DNA of 64,000 nt. It comes from Flaccisagitta enflata. Its lineage: Eukaryota. The translations under genes and the position numbers were made by a program. The notes beneath the pieces were generated by a model. It did no database searches. It saw only the letters and a program-made list of their open reading frames with translations, and was not told where the DNA came from. Position 1 is the first letter of the stretch. Each line of letters starts with the position of its first letter. Positions 13,944 to 28,648 of this stretch are shown here, one piece after another. The stretch spans positions 32,302,001 to 32,366,000 of the forward strand of contig OZ231126.1 in NCBI GenBank assembly GCA_965153355.1, read 5' to 3'.

Positions 13944-14412
13944 TTACGAAGCCAAAGTCCGAACCCTTTTCAACAACCCCCAACTCGAGTTCGCCTTCGA
14001 TTCCACAATTCCCGCTTGGATGACTACGATCGGGATTTGCTTCACGGCCGGCCAGCTCATACTCCTCATCGCCTTGGTCATCATCTTCATTGGCCTCTGC
14101 GTTTGCTGCGCGAACAGCTGCTGCGACGGCCGAGGCGGCGGCAGGATGCGCAGCAAACTGTTCCGTCTGGGGATGTATCTGTATCTCCTCGCCGATCTCT
14201 TGTTCTTCTTCCCTCTCATTTACTTCCCCTTTGGCATCGGCGTATTGAAGGAAGAGAATCGCGGCGGAGTCTTTGGTCTGACCATCTCCAGCGTTTACGG
14301 CTGGGGTTGGGGAGTCGTCATTCTGGTGTTTGTTGGGGCGCTGTTGCTGTTGTTGGACAAACCCGTTCCTGATGCGAAACCGAAAGAGGAAGACGAGAGA
14401 TTGTTGGCGTAG
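13944..14412 (+). CDS. Coding exon 2 of the TMEM47/PERP-like protein (TM2-TM4); spliced CDS 272 aa
   Basis: Pyrimidine tract + CCCACAG acceptor, phase-compatible with exon 1 (CG|T = Arg); three TM helices; LIYFP and YGWGWG motifs resemble PERP/TMEM47; TAG stop at 14410-14412. Confidence 0.8.
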
Positions 14413-14495
14413 CGCGTGAGATGGAGAGAGATGGAACAGTGAGGATATGCGGCAACAACAGCGGCGATAACTATAACAAAGATGATATTGCACGG

Positions 14496-14520
14496 CAACA
14501 ATAACAACAACATGGACACC

Positions 14521-14618
<98 letters not shown>

Positions 14619-14676
14619 AAACAACAACAACAACAACAACAACGACAATGACAATGACAACAATGACAACAACAAC
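14496..14676. repeat. (AAC)n microsatellite
   Basis: Directly visible. Confidence 0.95.
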
Positions 14677-15498
14677 ATTGAGAGCAATGAAGAAGACGTC
14701 AATGTCAACGATGATAAATCGGAATCAGCGCGCCGATGCCAGATGCGCCCTGATGATGGATTATTCAATCTATTCAACGACTTCGATTCCATGCATTTAT
14801 TTTTTCATTCATGCAATCATTTCTTCATTTCTTCATGTCACATATACGCTTAGCGCTTTAGCTAGTCTTAATCATTTTGATTTTTGTAAATTTTCATCCT
14901 TCCATAATATTTTTCATAAACGAGCATTTTTTCCCCTCTCAACGAACCATGATTAACACAATTTATAACTACATTAGAACTTTTTAGATTATCCGATTCG
15001 ATGACAACAAGACATCAAACATAACAACAAGACATCAACAACATGACAACAACAACAACATCAACAACATGACAACATCAACATGACAACGACAACATGA
15101 CAACAACATGACAACATCATCATGACAACAAAAACATGACAACAACAACATGACAACAACAACATGACAACAACATCAACAATATGACAACAAGACATCC
15201 ATCAAACGTTACAAAAAAAGATCAAAGGCTCAAAGGCAAAGTTTAACGTTTGGTATCAAGCTTTCCGCCGTAATTCAACAGCTGGGACATCAGTGACTGG
15301 TGCTTTGTCAGGTACAAGTATAAACTGCATGGAATTGCTATTTGAGCACGGGTGCAAAAGCTTTTTATGGCCACCCCTCCCCCTTTCCCAAACTAGTATG
15401 TTCTCTTGATGTACTTTCGTCATGTAATAATTTGCCGAAATGCGCGTCATTGTTCTCTCACATCAGTTTGTTGTTCTATCTCATGCCATACACGTTTT

Positions 15499-15536
<38 letters not shown>

Positions 15537-16496
15537 CTGGTTTATAAACCATGTCAAGTATTGACCCCTGTGGGCCTCATATGACCTTAGTTACCATTCA
15601 TAACATAAGAATGTTAACAACGTAGGGCATTACAGGACTCAGACTCAGAATCGAGATAAATGTGGACGTCATCCAGCCAAAGACTAATGACAACAAACAA
15701 AGAAAGCAAAGTATGATGCCATCTTACTGAGATGATCTTACCAGGCAAGGAAAAAATCATGAAACCATAAAGGCTCGTACTGTGCAGCGCGGCAAAAATG
15801 TTTCTAAAAAAGGGACGCTAAAATCTAGCTTTGTATATTCGCATCTTATCTATTTTCAAATCCATTTCGTCCGATTGTGATTTTGTCTAAATCAATCAGC
15901 AGAGATACCGAATCTGCTAGACTGCCGCGTAGCATCAAAAATACAGCATAAGCTGCCGCACTTATCAAATGTACATCTAGGCTGTGGATCGGGTGTAGGA
16001 CTACACCCCTCCATTCTGGGTGGTGTTTTGTTACTGCTTCCCCATTTGAAACAACACCACTAATACAGTTAACATCGAAGCATACAGATGGCGCAGGGCA
16101 ATGGTGTAGGAGTCGCAGGTTCACTTCGTTGAGGATATGATAGGAACCCTTTTGCTCATCAGACGTTACCGTCTTACCGAGACAGTCACAAATAAGCAAC
16201 CACGGTCAAGGTTCGATTTGTCGGATCAAATTTGCACATTGGCGGCTCTCCTGTCTTTTTGTCTTTCACTCATGTTTACCCCTGGGCCGGCCAAATCTGT
16301 CGCACTTTGGCGCGCAACTGCCGCGTAGTATTGCTACCATGCTACACAGAATCGGCACCCCTAATCAATCAGTGCCTGATTGCCATTGTGTTCAAATAAA
16401 ACAGCTACCTACTGCACCAAGTTGTTTTCTGTCCACACTGATTGCTATAGAGTCAGGTTCAAATTGTACTCGAACTTTTTGAATCGTCCCATGGTC

Positions 16497-17230
16497 TAAC
16501 AGGTCGCCCAAGGGCAATATGTGGTCAGCGATACCCGTTGCCCTGCTTTGAGTGATTGTGAATTGGAGTCAGGGGGAGCAGGGCAGCGGCTCCGAAGGGG
16601 ACAAAGTCCTGCAGAACACAGGGGGACTTTCGTTCGTCCTGCCTGAAGAAGTGAATGAGATGCTGTAGAGGGCTGACTGAAGGCCTTCAAAAGCCTGAAC
16701 TGATGTCTAAGAGGGCTGATGCAAAGCGTTATAATGCCAATCAGAGGCGTGTGAAGGCTAACTTGAAGCTTGAGAGAGCTGGATTTTGGCTTGAAAGGTC
16801 AGAGGACTGAATTGAAGCCTGAGAGAAATAAATTGAGGCTTAGATCGCTGACTCGAGGCCTGAGAGGCCAGGTTTGAGGCCTGAGAATTTAGATTTTAAG
16901 CCAGAAAAGCCTAATTTGAGACCTGAGAGGCCAGGTTTGAGGCCTGAGAATTTCAATTTGAAGCCTGAAAGGTTGGATTTGAGGCCTAAGAGGTTGGATT
17001 TGAGGCCTGAAAGGTTGGATTTGAGGCCTGAGAGGCCGGATTTGAGGCCTGAGAGGCCGGATTTGAGGCCTGAGAGGCTGGATTTGAGGCCTGAGAGGCC
17101 AGATTTGAGGTATCAGAGGCCAGCTTTGAGGCCTGAGGGGCCTGATGGGGGGGACGAACAAACGGACGAACGAACGAAAGTCCCCCTGTGTTCTACAGGA
17201 CTTCGTCCCCTTCGGAGCCGCTGCCCAAAA
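16497..17230 (-). mobile_element. Family B HINE-like element with expanded 21-bp repeats
   Basis: Same subterminal architecture; (GAGGCCTGAGAGGCCGGATTT)n produces the spurious RPERLDL ORF. Confidence 0.65.
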
Positions 17231-17584
17231 ACCCAGAAAGACCCCCTAAAACGTCATTTACACCATCTGTATCGTCGTCTTGCGTTTTTGTCTAACTGTA
17301 TTAGTGTCCGACTCCATTTTTAGTTGCGGACACGCAACTCTATAAGAGGCTTTTTCCGTCCGTCCGTCCGTCCGTCGGTCGGTCCGTCACGCTCGAGTTG
17401 AAAAGTGGGAAAACGCGCATCTCCGCCCCTGCCCACCCGTCCGCAACTGGTGGCCGTGTATTCGGCCTTGTTATTTAACTCCCGTCGTGTACAACACATT
17501 GAGTTCCTGCATGGGTCTACCTGTACCTCTTTTCAAAAGTGTCCTATTCTACTTGTGACCAACTCCATTTGTTTCCGACACTGA

Positions 17585-17965
17585 ATGTCCAAAGACATCC
17601 AGCCCTAAACACCACTGATGCCTTCTTAACGGCCTTCACAGCGTTAATTCAACTATCTATATAGCTATATGTCTTTTAGCATTCGTGCCCGAGTCCATAA
17701 ACTACGTCGGTATGTCTGAATCTTATCATGTTCGACACAAGAAGGCGTCCAAAGACATCCAGCCCCAAACATCACCCACGCCGTCTTAACGGTCTAAAGG
17801 CTCCCAGCGTCTATTCAACTATCTGTATATCTTTTCGCATTCGTGCCCGACTCCATTAGTGTCCGACTCTGTGTCGGTATGCCTGAATGTTATTATGTCT
17901 GACACTTGCAAGCGTCCAAAGACATCCAGCGCCAAACACCACCGACACCGTCTAAACGGTCTAAA
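17585..17965. repeat. Degenerate ~165-bp tandem repeat (~2.5 units)
   Basis: GTCCAAAGACATCCAGC at ~17587, ~17747 and ~17913. Confidence 0.75.
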
Positions 17966-18022
17966 GAATCCAGGGATCCATTTCTTTCCCTCTTAATCAA
18001 AACAAAGACGCGCCCGCATTTG

Positions 18023-18268
18023 TGGCGTGTTTCTAATGAAGATGAAAAACGCGTTTGTCTCCATTGAACGCGTTTTCAGCGCGAACACATTTTCATGAAT
18101 TCAACTGTCCCATAAGGGAGTAAGCAAAGTCAGTGAGCGAGCCCATAAACGGAGCATAGTGAAGCAGAGTGCTATGGAGCGAGTGAGCGGTGCAAGTGAA
18201 CGAACGTAGTCGGCGACCAAGTGGCCCGTTAAAAACAAACGCGATTGTCTGTGACTAGAAACGCGCCA
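18023..18268. mobile_element. Family C MITE copy, TTG TSD
   Basis: TGGCGTGTTTCTA...TAGAAACGCGCCA flanked by TTG on both sides. Confidence 0.7.
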
Positions 18269-18648
18269 TTGGTCCAGAGAAAAAAATGGAGGGAAAGAAG
18301 AAATAGAGAATAAAAGATGGAATAAGGTTTTCCAGATAAAGAATGGACATTTTCCCAGCAGAGACTGTTTACAGAAATAGATGAGCCATTCTCTAGAACG
18401 AATGTACGGCCGTTAATAAATGATATGTTATGGAAGAATTGGTCATAATTGATTTGCTATTGTCGTGTGTGAGCGAGTAGGTTGGTCGGTCAGTCGATCT
18501 GTATTTTAGTCTTTACCCTTTTGCGTATCTGGCATTATAGCCATTAACGGAGGCCATTTAAAGAAAGGCGAGATGAGGGGAAATCTGGAGAGGGATATTA
18601 AGCTCAACCAACTAAACAAAAAGAACGATAAAATTATGTAAAAGAGAA

Positions 18649-18812
<164 letters not shown>

Positions 18813-19198
18813 AAAAGAAAAAAAAAGAGAGAGAGTATTTGCGACGTCGTTGCAGTGGAAACTCACTAAAGTGGGCCCCGGGGAGAATCAAGGTAAATGA
18901 AGTAGACATCTTGAGACAAATAAGGACAACAAGATATCAAGGACAAAGACAAAATATGGTAAACAAACACGTCTTTCCAAAAATAGGAAAAAAATTGTTT
19001 TGGTCGTTGCTAAATTGGCCGACCCGATATTAGATCCGTTCTTACTTCGTAGTCCCGTCACGAATGTACAATGCAAAGGATACGTTTACTCTCGAAGCTG
19101 TTCCATATCGCTCAAAAATATACAAAAGTGACATTCTTAGGGTGCACTTATGAAGGATTTTGTTCTCCAGATGATAAGATCTGGATAGAGCCACGATA

Positions 19199-22100
19199 AC
19201 CAGATTGGTTCGATTTTGATAAGTTGTTTATACAGTATGATTGTTTTCGTTTGTAACATTTCATGACGACATAACTTTTAAAGTTGTAGAGATAATCATA
19301 TTCTGAAAAATGATAGTGAAAGATATTGAAAATACATTTTATAGTATTAAAATCCCAAAACTTTTTAACAAAATTTGGATCCAGATTTCTTACTATTTGT
19401 TGTAAGTCATATTTGGCTAAAATGAACTGTTTTTCATGTCTTGAGATAAACTGTTTTTCTTTGTATCGCTCTTATTTCTAAACAATTTGACCTACAAATA
19501 CCAGGTTGGTCTCAAATGAAAGATAATTTGAAGTAGTTTTAGAAAATAAAAAGAAAGAAACCTGTTTGGAAACACATATCATACAAAACATGAAAGAAAT
19601 GAGATCATTTTTAGAAATTTAACAAAAGTATGTGCCTATAGTTAATAAATTGTATTCAAAACATCAAATCAGTGCTTACTCATCAGAAAACCTTAAAACT
19701 AGATCAAATTATCTTTCATTTGAGACCAATCTGGCATCTGTAGCTCAAACCGTTTAGAAATGAGAACAATTTAAAGGTAAACAGCAGACTGGGCCGTAGG
19801 ACCCTTGTGAAGGCAGATCGGCTACCAACAGCAGGGACTGGCTTCACTCATCATAACAACAAGATTTGCCAAGTTTTATGACCATATGATCGATTTTACT
19901 CATGGCCGCCACCCCCCCTAAAATCCCAGCATGAGAGTTGTTGTGGTAAAAATTCCAACTTTGGGTCACTTCGGCCTCAAAATTAGGCCCCTTCGAATTT
20001 AAATTTTGACCTAAAATCCATGAGATTATAAAACTAGAGCTTAAGAGCTAACTAGTGGTGCAATCCGCATGTTTTTATCTTAATTTGTTGAGATTTGAGT
20101 GCATTTCAAAGATGAAAGTGTATGAGGGTCAAATTGCGTCCTATTTTCAGTGGCAATTTTGACATTTTTCACAGATTTGAACATATTTTGGCTTTGGATG
20201 GACCAATCTGCATGAAATTGGTGATCAAATTGCAGAGTTTTTGCTGCTCTAGCTGATGGTAAAAAAGATTTTGATCGATTTTGCCCTCCATGTTTTTTAT
20301 TGACTGTAGAAGCAGGTGAAAAAAAGTCGATTTTCTTGAAAATTGAGCAATTTTGGACAAAAAATTAAACCACTTCCATTTTTGAAAAAGACTTAAAGTC
20401 CATGAGCAAAATAAAGAGCTGCTCAAGAGCTAACTAGTGGTGCAATCGGGATGTCAACAGAACTTTAAAAATCAAAGGGAATGTCAAAATGACCATTTAC
20501 GGTCACTTCGGCCGTTTTGGCCTCAATATGGGGTCACTTTGCTGTAGAAATTGATAAAAAAAGAGCTAACCAGTGGTGCAATCCGCATATTTCTATCTTA
20601 TTTTGTAAAGATTTTAGAGTATTTCAAAGATGAAAGGGTAGGAAGGTCAAATCGCAGCTTAATTTTCAATGGCGATTATGACACTTTTCGCAAATTTCAA
20701 TATTTCTTGGCTTTGGATGAACCAACCTGCATGAAATTGGTGACCAAACTGAAGAGCTGCTCTAGCAGATGGTAAAAGAGAGCTGCAGAGCTGCAGAGCT
20801 GCAGAGCTGCAGAGCTGCTCTAGCAGATGGTAAAAGATTTTTTGATCAATATGCCCCCCAATTTTTTTTAATGACCATGGAAGCAGGTACAAAAAGTGTT
20901 TTTTTTTTTGTAAATTGGGCAATTTTGGACAACAAATTTGGCTACTTACAATTCAATAATTGACATAAAATCCATGACCAAAAGAGAGCATTTTAAGGAT
21001 AAGGGAAAATGATATATTTTGAGGTACATTTTGCCACAGTAATTTTGTCAGTTCACACATTAGTCATTGTAAATTTGCTTTGGATGGACCAATTGTCACA
21101 TAATTGGTGACCAAAATGAAAATTTTGCGGTACTCTAGATGATTGTAGGAAAGGTTTGGATCAATATGTCGCCCAAAAGTGTATAGAGGCTCTCAAAGTT
21201 GAAAGAAAGAAAGAAATTAGTGCGATTTTTTCAAATTTTAGGATCAAATAAAAAAGTCATTTCCTATTTGAAAAGTGACTAAAGATAAGTGGACGGACAG
21301 ATGAGCCCAAAATGACAAAAATTAGCAAAACTTTCATTTTATCATACCCACTGTTCTTCGAAGCTGTAATAAATCTATATGCTTCAACATATTGAGATGC
21401 CGATTGCACCACTGGTTAGCTCTTGAGCTGTAGTTTGATTTGCTCATGAATTTCTTGTCTTTTTCTAGCTCGGAAGCACCAAAATTTTGTGACAAAAGTA
21501 ACCAAATGGGCAAAAAAATACTCTTTTTAGCACCTGCTTCTACAGTCTCCAAAACATTTTGAGGGCCATATCGATCAAAAATTTTACCAGAATCAGTTAG
21601 AGCATCAAAAAATCTTCAAATTGGTCACCAATTTTATCCATATTTGTCCATCCAAAGCCGAGATATATCAAAAAATGTAAAAATTGTCAAATTTGACCCC
21701 CAAGTCTATCCAGTAAAATAACCCTCTTACCCTTCCATCTTTGAAATGCTCTCAAACTTAAATGAAAAATGATAGCAACATGCGGATTGCACCACTGGTT
21801 AGCTCTTGAGCTCTAGTTTTATAATCTCACAGATTTTTCTATCGATTTCTGCGGCAAAGTGAAGCCAAATTGAGGCCAAAACGGCCAAAGTGACCATAAA
21901 TGGTCATTTTGACATACCCTTTGATCCTTGAAGTTCTGTAAAATCTAAATGCAAAAACATATTGACATGCCGATTGCATCACTAGTTAGCTCTTGAGCAG
22001 CTCTTTATTTTGCTCATGGATTTTTTAAAAATGGAAGTGGTCTAATTTTTTGTCCAAAATTGCTCAATTTTCAAGAAAATCGACTTTTTAACACCTGCTT

Positions 22101-22887
22101 CTACAGTCAATAAAAAAAGTTGAGGGCAAAATCGATCAAAATTTTTTTTACCATCAGCTAGAGCAGCAAAAACTCTTCAATTTGATCACCAATTTCATGC
22201 ATATTGGTCCATCCAAAGCCAAAATATGTTCAAATCTGTGAAAAATGTCAAAATTGCCACTGAAAATAAGCTGCAATTTGACTCTCATGCCCTTTCATCT
22301 TTGAAATGCTCTCAAATCTCAACAAATTAAGATAAAAACATGCGGATTGCACCACCAGTTAGCTCTTGAGCTCTAGTTTTATAATCTCATGGATTTTAGG
22401 TCAAAATTTAAATTCGAAGGGGCCTAATTTTGAGGCCAAAGTGACCCTAAGTTGGAATTTTTACCACAACAACCCTCATGCTGGGATTTTAGGGGGGGTG
22501 GCGGCCATGAGTAAAATCGATCATATGGTCATAAAACTTGGCAAATCTTGTTGTTATGATGAATGAAGCCAGTCCCTGCTGTTGGTAGCCGATCTGCCTT
22601 CATAAGGGTCCTACGGCCCAGTCTGGTAAACAGTCCATCTGTTAAATTTTCTCAAATTTTTCAATTTTACAACTTGTCAAGTTGGTCCTGTAGTTCATTT
22701 TTTTCACAAGAGAATCAGATTTTTCTAAATAGATCCTTTGATCGATATGTTACAAAATGTATTTTCATAGTCTTTTAGGAACTTTTTTCAGAATTCAATT
22801 ATTTCAATTACTTTAAGAATTATGTCGTCATGAAATGTTACAAACGAAAACAATCATACTGTACTGCTTTAAATTCGACCAATCTGG
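19199..22887. mobile_element. Older TIR element interrupted by the 19785-22625 foldback
   Basis: CAGTATGATTGTTTTCGTTTGTAACATTTCATGACGACATAA (~19233) is inverted at ~22820-22862; boundaries approximate. Confidence 0.6.
19785..22625. mobile_element. 2.8-kb foldback element with 8-bp TSD (hAT-like)
   Basis: Termini CAGACTGGGCCGTAGGACCC / GGGTCCTACGGCCCAGTCTG; TSD GTAAACAG at 19777-19784 and 22626-22633; arms >1 kb built of repeated modules. Confidence 0.85.
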
Positions 22888-23285
22888 CGTCAGTAGCTTA
22901 CTAGTTAGGTGTAGCAGTCTTCCAAAGTCGATTCTATGAGCAAGATAGTACTCGAGAAATTACTTCGGCTCAGTTCCGCGCCAACTAATTCTCAAAGACG
23001 AGAACAAACCCAAACGGGCAACTTGATGCGTCATCCGCGGTGATGCATATCCAATGGTGGTCCTCGTTGTTTTTAAAGAAGCGTAACCGATCGACACACT
23101 TACGGACAGATGGATGGATGAACAAACGGACAAACAGAGGGACGGACGGATAGAGCCTCTTATAGAGATGCAACGACGCATCCCCCCCCCATAAAAAAAA
23201 ACCAGTCGCCCATGGGCAATATGTGGTCAGCGATACCCGTTGCCCAGCTTTGCTTGATTGTGAATTGTAGTGAGGGGAAGCTGCC

Positions 23286-23317
<32 letters not shown>

Positions 23318-23974
23318 AAGGAGAATGCGGAAAGACCATCGATTATTTTTACTGGCGACGTCTCATTGCCTGAACATGAGCAAGAGCTCGTTTCACTGCA
23401 AGAGCTTAGAATTGGGGTATTACCCTACACTTTCACAAATGATTAGGTCAAGGGGTTTTTCAATTTTTAAATAGAAGAATAAATGGAAAAGTATTGTGGA
23501 CAGTACCTACGGTAAGCTTTTCTTGCGCTCTTTTTCTTTCTTTTTTTCAGCAGACTTTTCTAGTTATAGTTTTCTTAAAAACGCACGGGGGAGATTTGTT
23601 TACGAAAAAAAATCAAGGCGCAGAATGCCATGGAAACGACCGGATAAAACTCTTACAAATGCTTTCATCTGATCTAAAATTTCAATGAGACTAAATGAGC
23701 TAGTCTTTGGATAAAGTCTCTGGATTTGTTCACAGTGTTCGTCAAATCATCTCGGTTCTTATTTTTGGTGGAAACACGTCTTTGGTGGCCTTTATTCGCC
23801 TTGCTACAATGATTAATAACCTATTTCTCCCTATCTTTCTTTCTTTTCTTTTTCCTTTGGATTTTTCATGCATTTTCTAAATCTCCTTATTCATATTCCT
23901 ATTCTTTTTCTTATTCTCATTCTTGTTCTTATTGATATTCTTTCTTTTCTTTTTTTTTCTCTTTCTTCTCCTTA

Positions 23975-24525
23975 TTTTTCTTCTTCTGCCCCTTCTACTT
24001 CTTCTTCTTCTTCTTCTTCTCGTTCTTCTTCTCCTTCTTCTTCTCGTTCTTCTTCTCCTTCTTCTTCTCCTTCTTCTTCTCCTTCTTCTTCTTCTTCTTC
24101 TTCTTCTTCTTCTTCTTCTTCTTCTTCTTCTTCTTCTTCCTCTTCTGCCTCTTCTGCCCCTTCTGCCCCTTCTGCTCCTTCTTCTTCTTCTTCTTCTTCT
24201 TCTTCTTCTTCTTCTTCTTCTTCTTCTTCTTCTTCTTCTTCTTCTTCTTCTTCTGCCTCTTCTTCTTCTTCTTCTTCTTCTTCTTCTTCTTCTTCTTCTT
24301 CTTCTTCTTCTTCTTCTTCTTCTTCTTCTTCTTCTTCTTCTCCTTCTTCTTCATTTTCTTCTTCTTCTTCTTCATCTCTTTCTTCTTCTTTTTCTTCTTC
24401 TTCTTCTTCTTCTTCTTCTTCTTCTTCTTCTTCTTCTTCTTCTTCTTCTTCTTCTTCTTCTTCTTCTTCTTCTTCCCCTTCTCCTTCTCCGTCTTCTCCT
24501 TCTCCTTCTTCTTCTTCTTCTTCTG
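23975..24525. repeat. (TTC)n microsatellite
   Basis: Directly visible. Confidence 0.95.
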
Positions 24526-24969
24526 CCATTTTTCTTCAAGAAAATTGCAAGCAAAAAGGGGGAAATAATGAATATGAACGAGTGCTTGCAAAGCATAGAA
24601 CGCACCTTAGAGCATCAATTACGAATGGTCGCTCTCAGAATATGCGATAGATGGACGGCTTAAGAACGCTTGAATGGAGGGAAAATAGAAAATTATACAG
24701 ACTTGTTAATCAGGAGAAAAGCGTGAAAGAAAATTTCCCCCGGGATTTTTCGAAAGAAACAAGTCAGCGAAGGAAAAAGAGCTGTAGAGTGAAATTGAGG
24801 GGGTGTCAACAAGCACCAATCTTGACCGAGGGAAGTAGAAGAGTGGCGTATGATTCTTTTAAGCGTTCTAAAAAGTGCCATGAGCAAAAATATAGACCTG
24901 ATTATAAAAGCAAGAAGAAAATAAAGGAACAAGCTGATAATGAAGGAGAAGAAGAAGATCAACAACAGA

Positions 24970-25163
<194 letters not shown>

Positions 25164-26362
25164 GAAAAGGAAGGAAAAGCAAGAAAGAGACCGAGAGGGA
25201 GGGGAAAAAAACCTTTTAGACTCAAAATCACAAAAGCGTGACGCTTCAAAATGGTGCAAAAAGCATGAATGTCTGACTCGCCGCCCTTCACGGCCAGGGT
25301 AGCCACGGGGGCAGAAGCAACCAGAGCAGCCAAGGAAGTTTGGGCAGCCAGGGCAGCCTGGGCAACCTGAATGATCAGAGGGGGCCATTGCTCCTGGCGG
25401 TGGTCAGGCGGAGTTATATCTGCCAAACCGAGCGGCCATTGTCCATGCTCTGTTAAAACGTGTCTCTATATAAGAGAGTTTATCACCATTAGGGTTTTTT
25501 TGTTGTATGTTTTTGTCCCTCCCGGTCTTCTCACTTTTTCTATTGGAAGACGAAGAACTCCCATTTGGTCTGATCTAGAAATATGTGGCAATTTTTTAAA
25601 CATTCTATACATGCCATTTATCATTATCATTTCTTGTAAGTCGCATGCACGCGACTTTACAACCCGCTTTGTCGGTCCGTCCGTCCCTTGGTCCGTCCGT
25701 CCGTCCGTCTGTCAGTCCGTTGGTCCGTCGGTCCGTCTGTCCGTCCGTCACACTTTACTTTTTTATTATACTTTAAGTTATTTCTAGTCATTTTAAGTCA
25801 TTCTAAGTCATTCTTAGTCATTCTTAGTCATTCTAAGTCATTCTAAGTCATTCTAAGTCATTCTAAGTCAATCTAAGTTATATTAGGTCACATAAGTCAA
25901 ATAGGTCAAACTTGTCATTTCAGTCATTTTAAGTCATTTTGAGTCAATAAAAGTCATCTTAAGTTATCTTTGTCCCGCACGCGACTTATAGGTGTTGGCC
26001 TTGTTCTTATTTTTTTTGCTCAGCCCTTATCATATTCAAAATTCATCCATTCACAATTCATCATCCATCACTCATCATTTCTCAGTTTAATATTCATCAT
26101 ACAAAAAATCGTCCATTTTCTTTTGACGAATGGGCAGAAGCGACAATAAAGTGTAGTTCTCTATTTATTAAATGGTTTGTTTTCTTTGTTTCCCACTACA
26201 TCTTTTTACTTTCTTTCTCTCGTCAAACTTTTTGGTCATTATTTTGGTTCGGAATAAGAGGCCACTCTGGCGATAGAGGTATATCCATCGGAACTTATCT
26301 TGATTCGGGGACTGGGGAAGTGGTCCCTCAAGGAATCTTTCTTCCATCTTCGCCCCCCCCCC

Positions 26363-26584
26363 CACATAGCGAGATTTGGATATACCAGAGAAAAGTTTAA
26401 CCTCAAAAATACAAAATCACCCCAAATACCCCCTTAATCACCACCTCGGGCACCCCTACAACGACCCAACCCCCAAAATCACCATCACATAGCGAGATTT
26501 GGATAAACCAGAGGAAAGTTTAACCTTAACAATGCAAAATCACCCCAAATACCCCCTTTATCACCACCTCGGGCATCCCTACAA
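26363..26584. repeat. ~123-bp tandem duplication
   Basis: CACATAGCGAGATTTGGATA...CACCACCTCGGGCA occurs twice. Confidence 0.8.
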
Positions 26585-26878
26585 GTTGTAGTACAAAGAT
26601 CCCCTCTCTTCCTCGCTCAGTCTTCTCTCCCCCCCCCCCTATCTCGTTCATTCCTCTTTATTCATGCTTTCCTCCGGTTAATCTGGCCTTTTGTCCTGTT
26701 CTTCTCCTCTCCATTTCTTTTGCCCTTTATCTTCGGAAATGCATCTTGATCCGTTTTTTCTCGACCCTCCACTTTTCTTTATAAAGCTTGAACCATTTTT
26801 TCTTCTCATCCTCGTTATTCCTTCTTTTTCTTTTCCTTACCATCCAGTTTTCTTTGTCCTTTCCCCTTCTCTTTGTTA

Positions 26879-27480
26879 CTACCTAGGACATAAGTATTGC
26901 AACACCTAGGGTATAAGTTCATTCATTCATCAATACAATACAAAAAAAATCAATACGAGTGAATTAGTATTTGGTATGTCCTCCTTGGGCCTGAATGACA
27001 GCTTCCATTTGCCTCGGCATCGATTCGTAGAGCTTTTCCGGGTAATCTGCCGTGACTTGTCTCCGGACCTTCCTTGCGATTTTTTTCAACCCTGCGATCA
27101 ATGTGGCGCGCTCTTTCCACTAAGTTTTTCATCCAACTTTGATCGAATTGAGATCTGGTGAGTTCTCAGGCCATCCCTCAAACCTTTTGACGCCGTGATC
27201 TTGATCAAACTAATTCTACAAAAATGGCACTGCTGTCCATAAGATTTTGTAGACAGGTAGCAAAAAGAACTAATGCGACTTTTTTCATGATTTTCAAGAA
27301 GCAACGTTTTTACGTTTCCTTGCACCATTTCTAAACGAATCAACCAAGAATTCTGCGGTTGCGCTAGATTTGAAAAAAATTCGATGTAGATTAAGAATCT
27401 TACAAAGAAAAGGTCAAAATTCTATCCCAAAGCCGAGTTATCTTAGTTTAAAGATGTTGCAATACTTATGTCCTAGGTAG
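26879..27480 (-). mobile_element. Internally deleted Tc1/mariner element with transposase remnant
   Basis: TIR CTACCTAGGACATAAGTATTGCAACA, TA TSD; minus strand ~27138-27173 encodes WPENSPDLNSIK (Tc1 WPxxSPDLNPIE motif). Confidence 0.85.
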
Positions 27481-28530
27481 TATTCCTTTTTTTTTTATCT
27501 CGACCATTCAATTTTCTCTATTCCTCTCTTTCTATTTCCTCCTCTTTTGCCCCCCTACATCTTCTTCTGGTTATGTGCAGATAACCATGTTTCTTTTAGT
27601 TTTCCCCTTCTTCTTCTCCTTCCTTCTCTTTTTCTTTTTCTTCTTCTTTTTCTTCTTCTTCTTCTTCTTCTTCTTTTTCTTCTTCTTCTTCTTCTTCTTC
27701 TTCTTCTTCTTCTTCTTTTTTCTTTCTTCTCCTTTTTTCTTTTTTCTTCTTTTTCTTCCTTTCTCTTTCTTTTCTTAATTCCTCCTCTCTTTTTCCCCCA
27801 TCTTCTTCTTCTTTATCTGTGCATCTTGCCATGTCTTTGGTTTCGTTTTTCCCAGTTTGTATCCGGCTTCAAGAGAGCTTAAGTCGATTTTTCATCGAGA
27901 AAAATGAGGCGAATGAATGGACTTAAAAAGAGGGATGCTTGCTTCTCCCACCCACACTTGCTACATGCTCCCTCAGTAAATTCTAGCTTCTTCTCCTCCC
28001 CCATACTTGCTACATCCTCCCTCCACGATTGCACACTCCTCCCTCCGCAATTGCCGTATCTTCCACGGCCGTCCACAGGAAATAGCTGCTTCTTCAAACC
28101 GTGGCTGCAGTCATCATCCACAAGTGCACAATATCTAGAAGGATTGTAACCACTTACCATATTTCTGTCTACCCGTAACAACTCCACGCTCACAGTGGCC
28201 GCCCTGAATCGTTGCAATTGAAGAGAAAACAAGGCCGGATAAACGGCAGGACAGTCGCGGATGGTTGGGCAGGGGCAGTAATACTAAAACCGCCTGCAAT
28301 TCAAAAGTGTTACAGACCGACGGACGGACCGACGCGGCGAGGTGTAGAGTCGCGTCTGCGTCTAAAATTTCTTGTTTTTTTTCTTTTTGTAAAGAGAAAA
28401 AAACTGATCCAATTATGGAAAAAAAAGTATTTCATTACCATATTGCTGTTAACTGATACGCCGATATGCCGCTGATCGGACACACTTTCTACTGTCGCTT
28501 ATAGATTAAAGCAAGCAACTAAAAACAGAA

Positions 28531-28648
<118 letters not shown>

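Noticed and set aside
16874-17323. RPERLDL-repeat ORF
   Set aside because: 21-bp tandem repeat inside a family B element
25240-25440. GCPGCPG/GYPGREG collagen-like reading on the minus strand
   Set aside because: Too short, Gly-X-Y register not maintained, runs into a microsatellite
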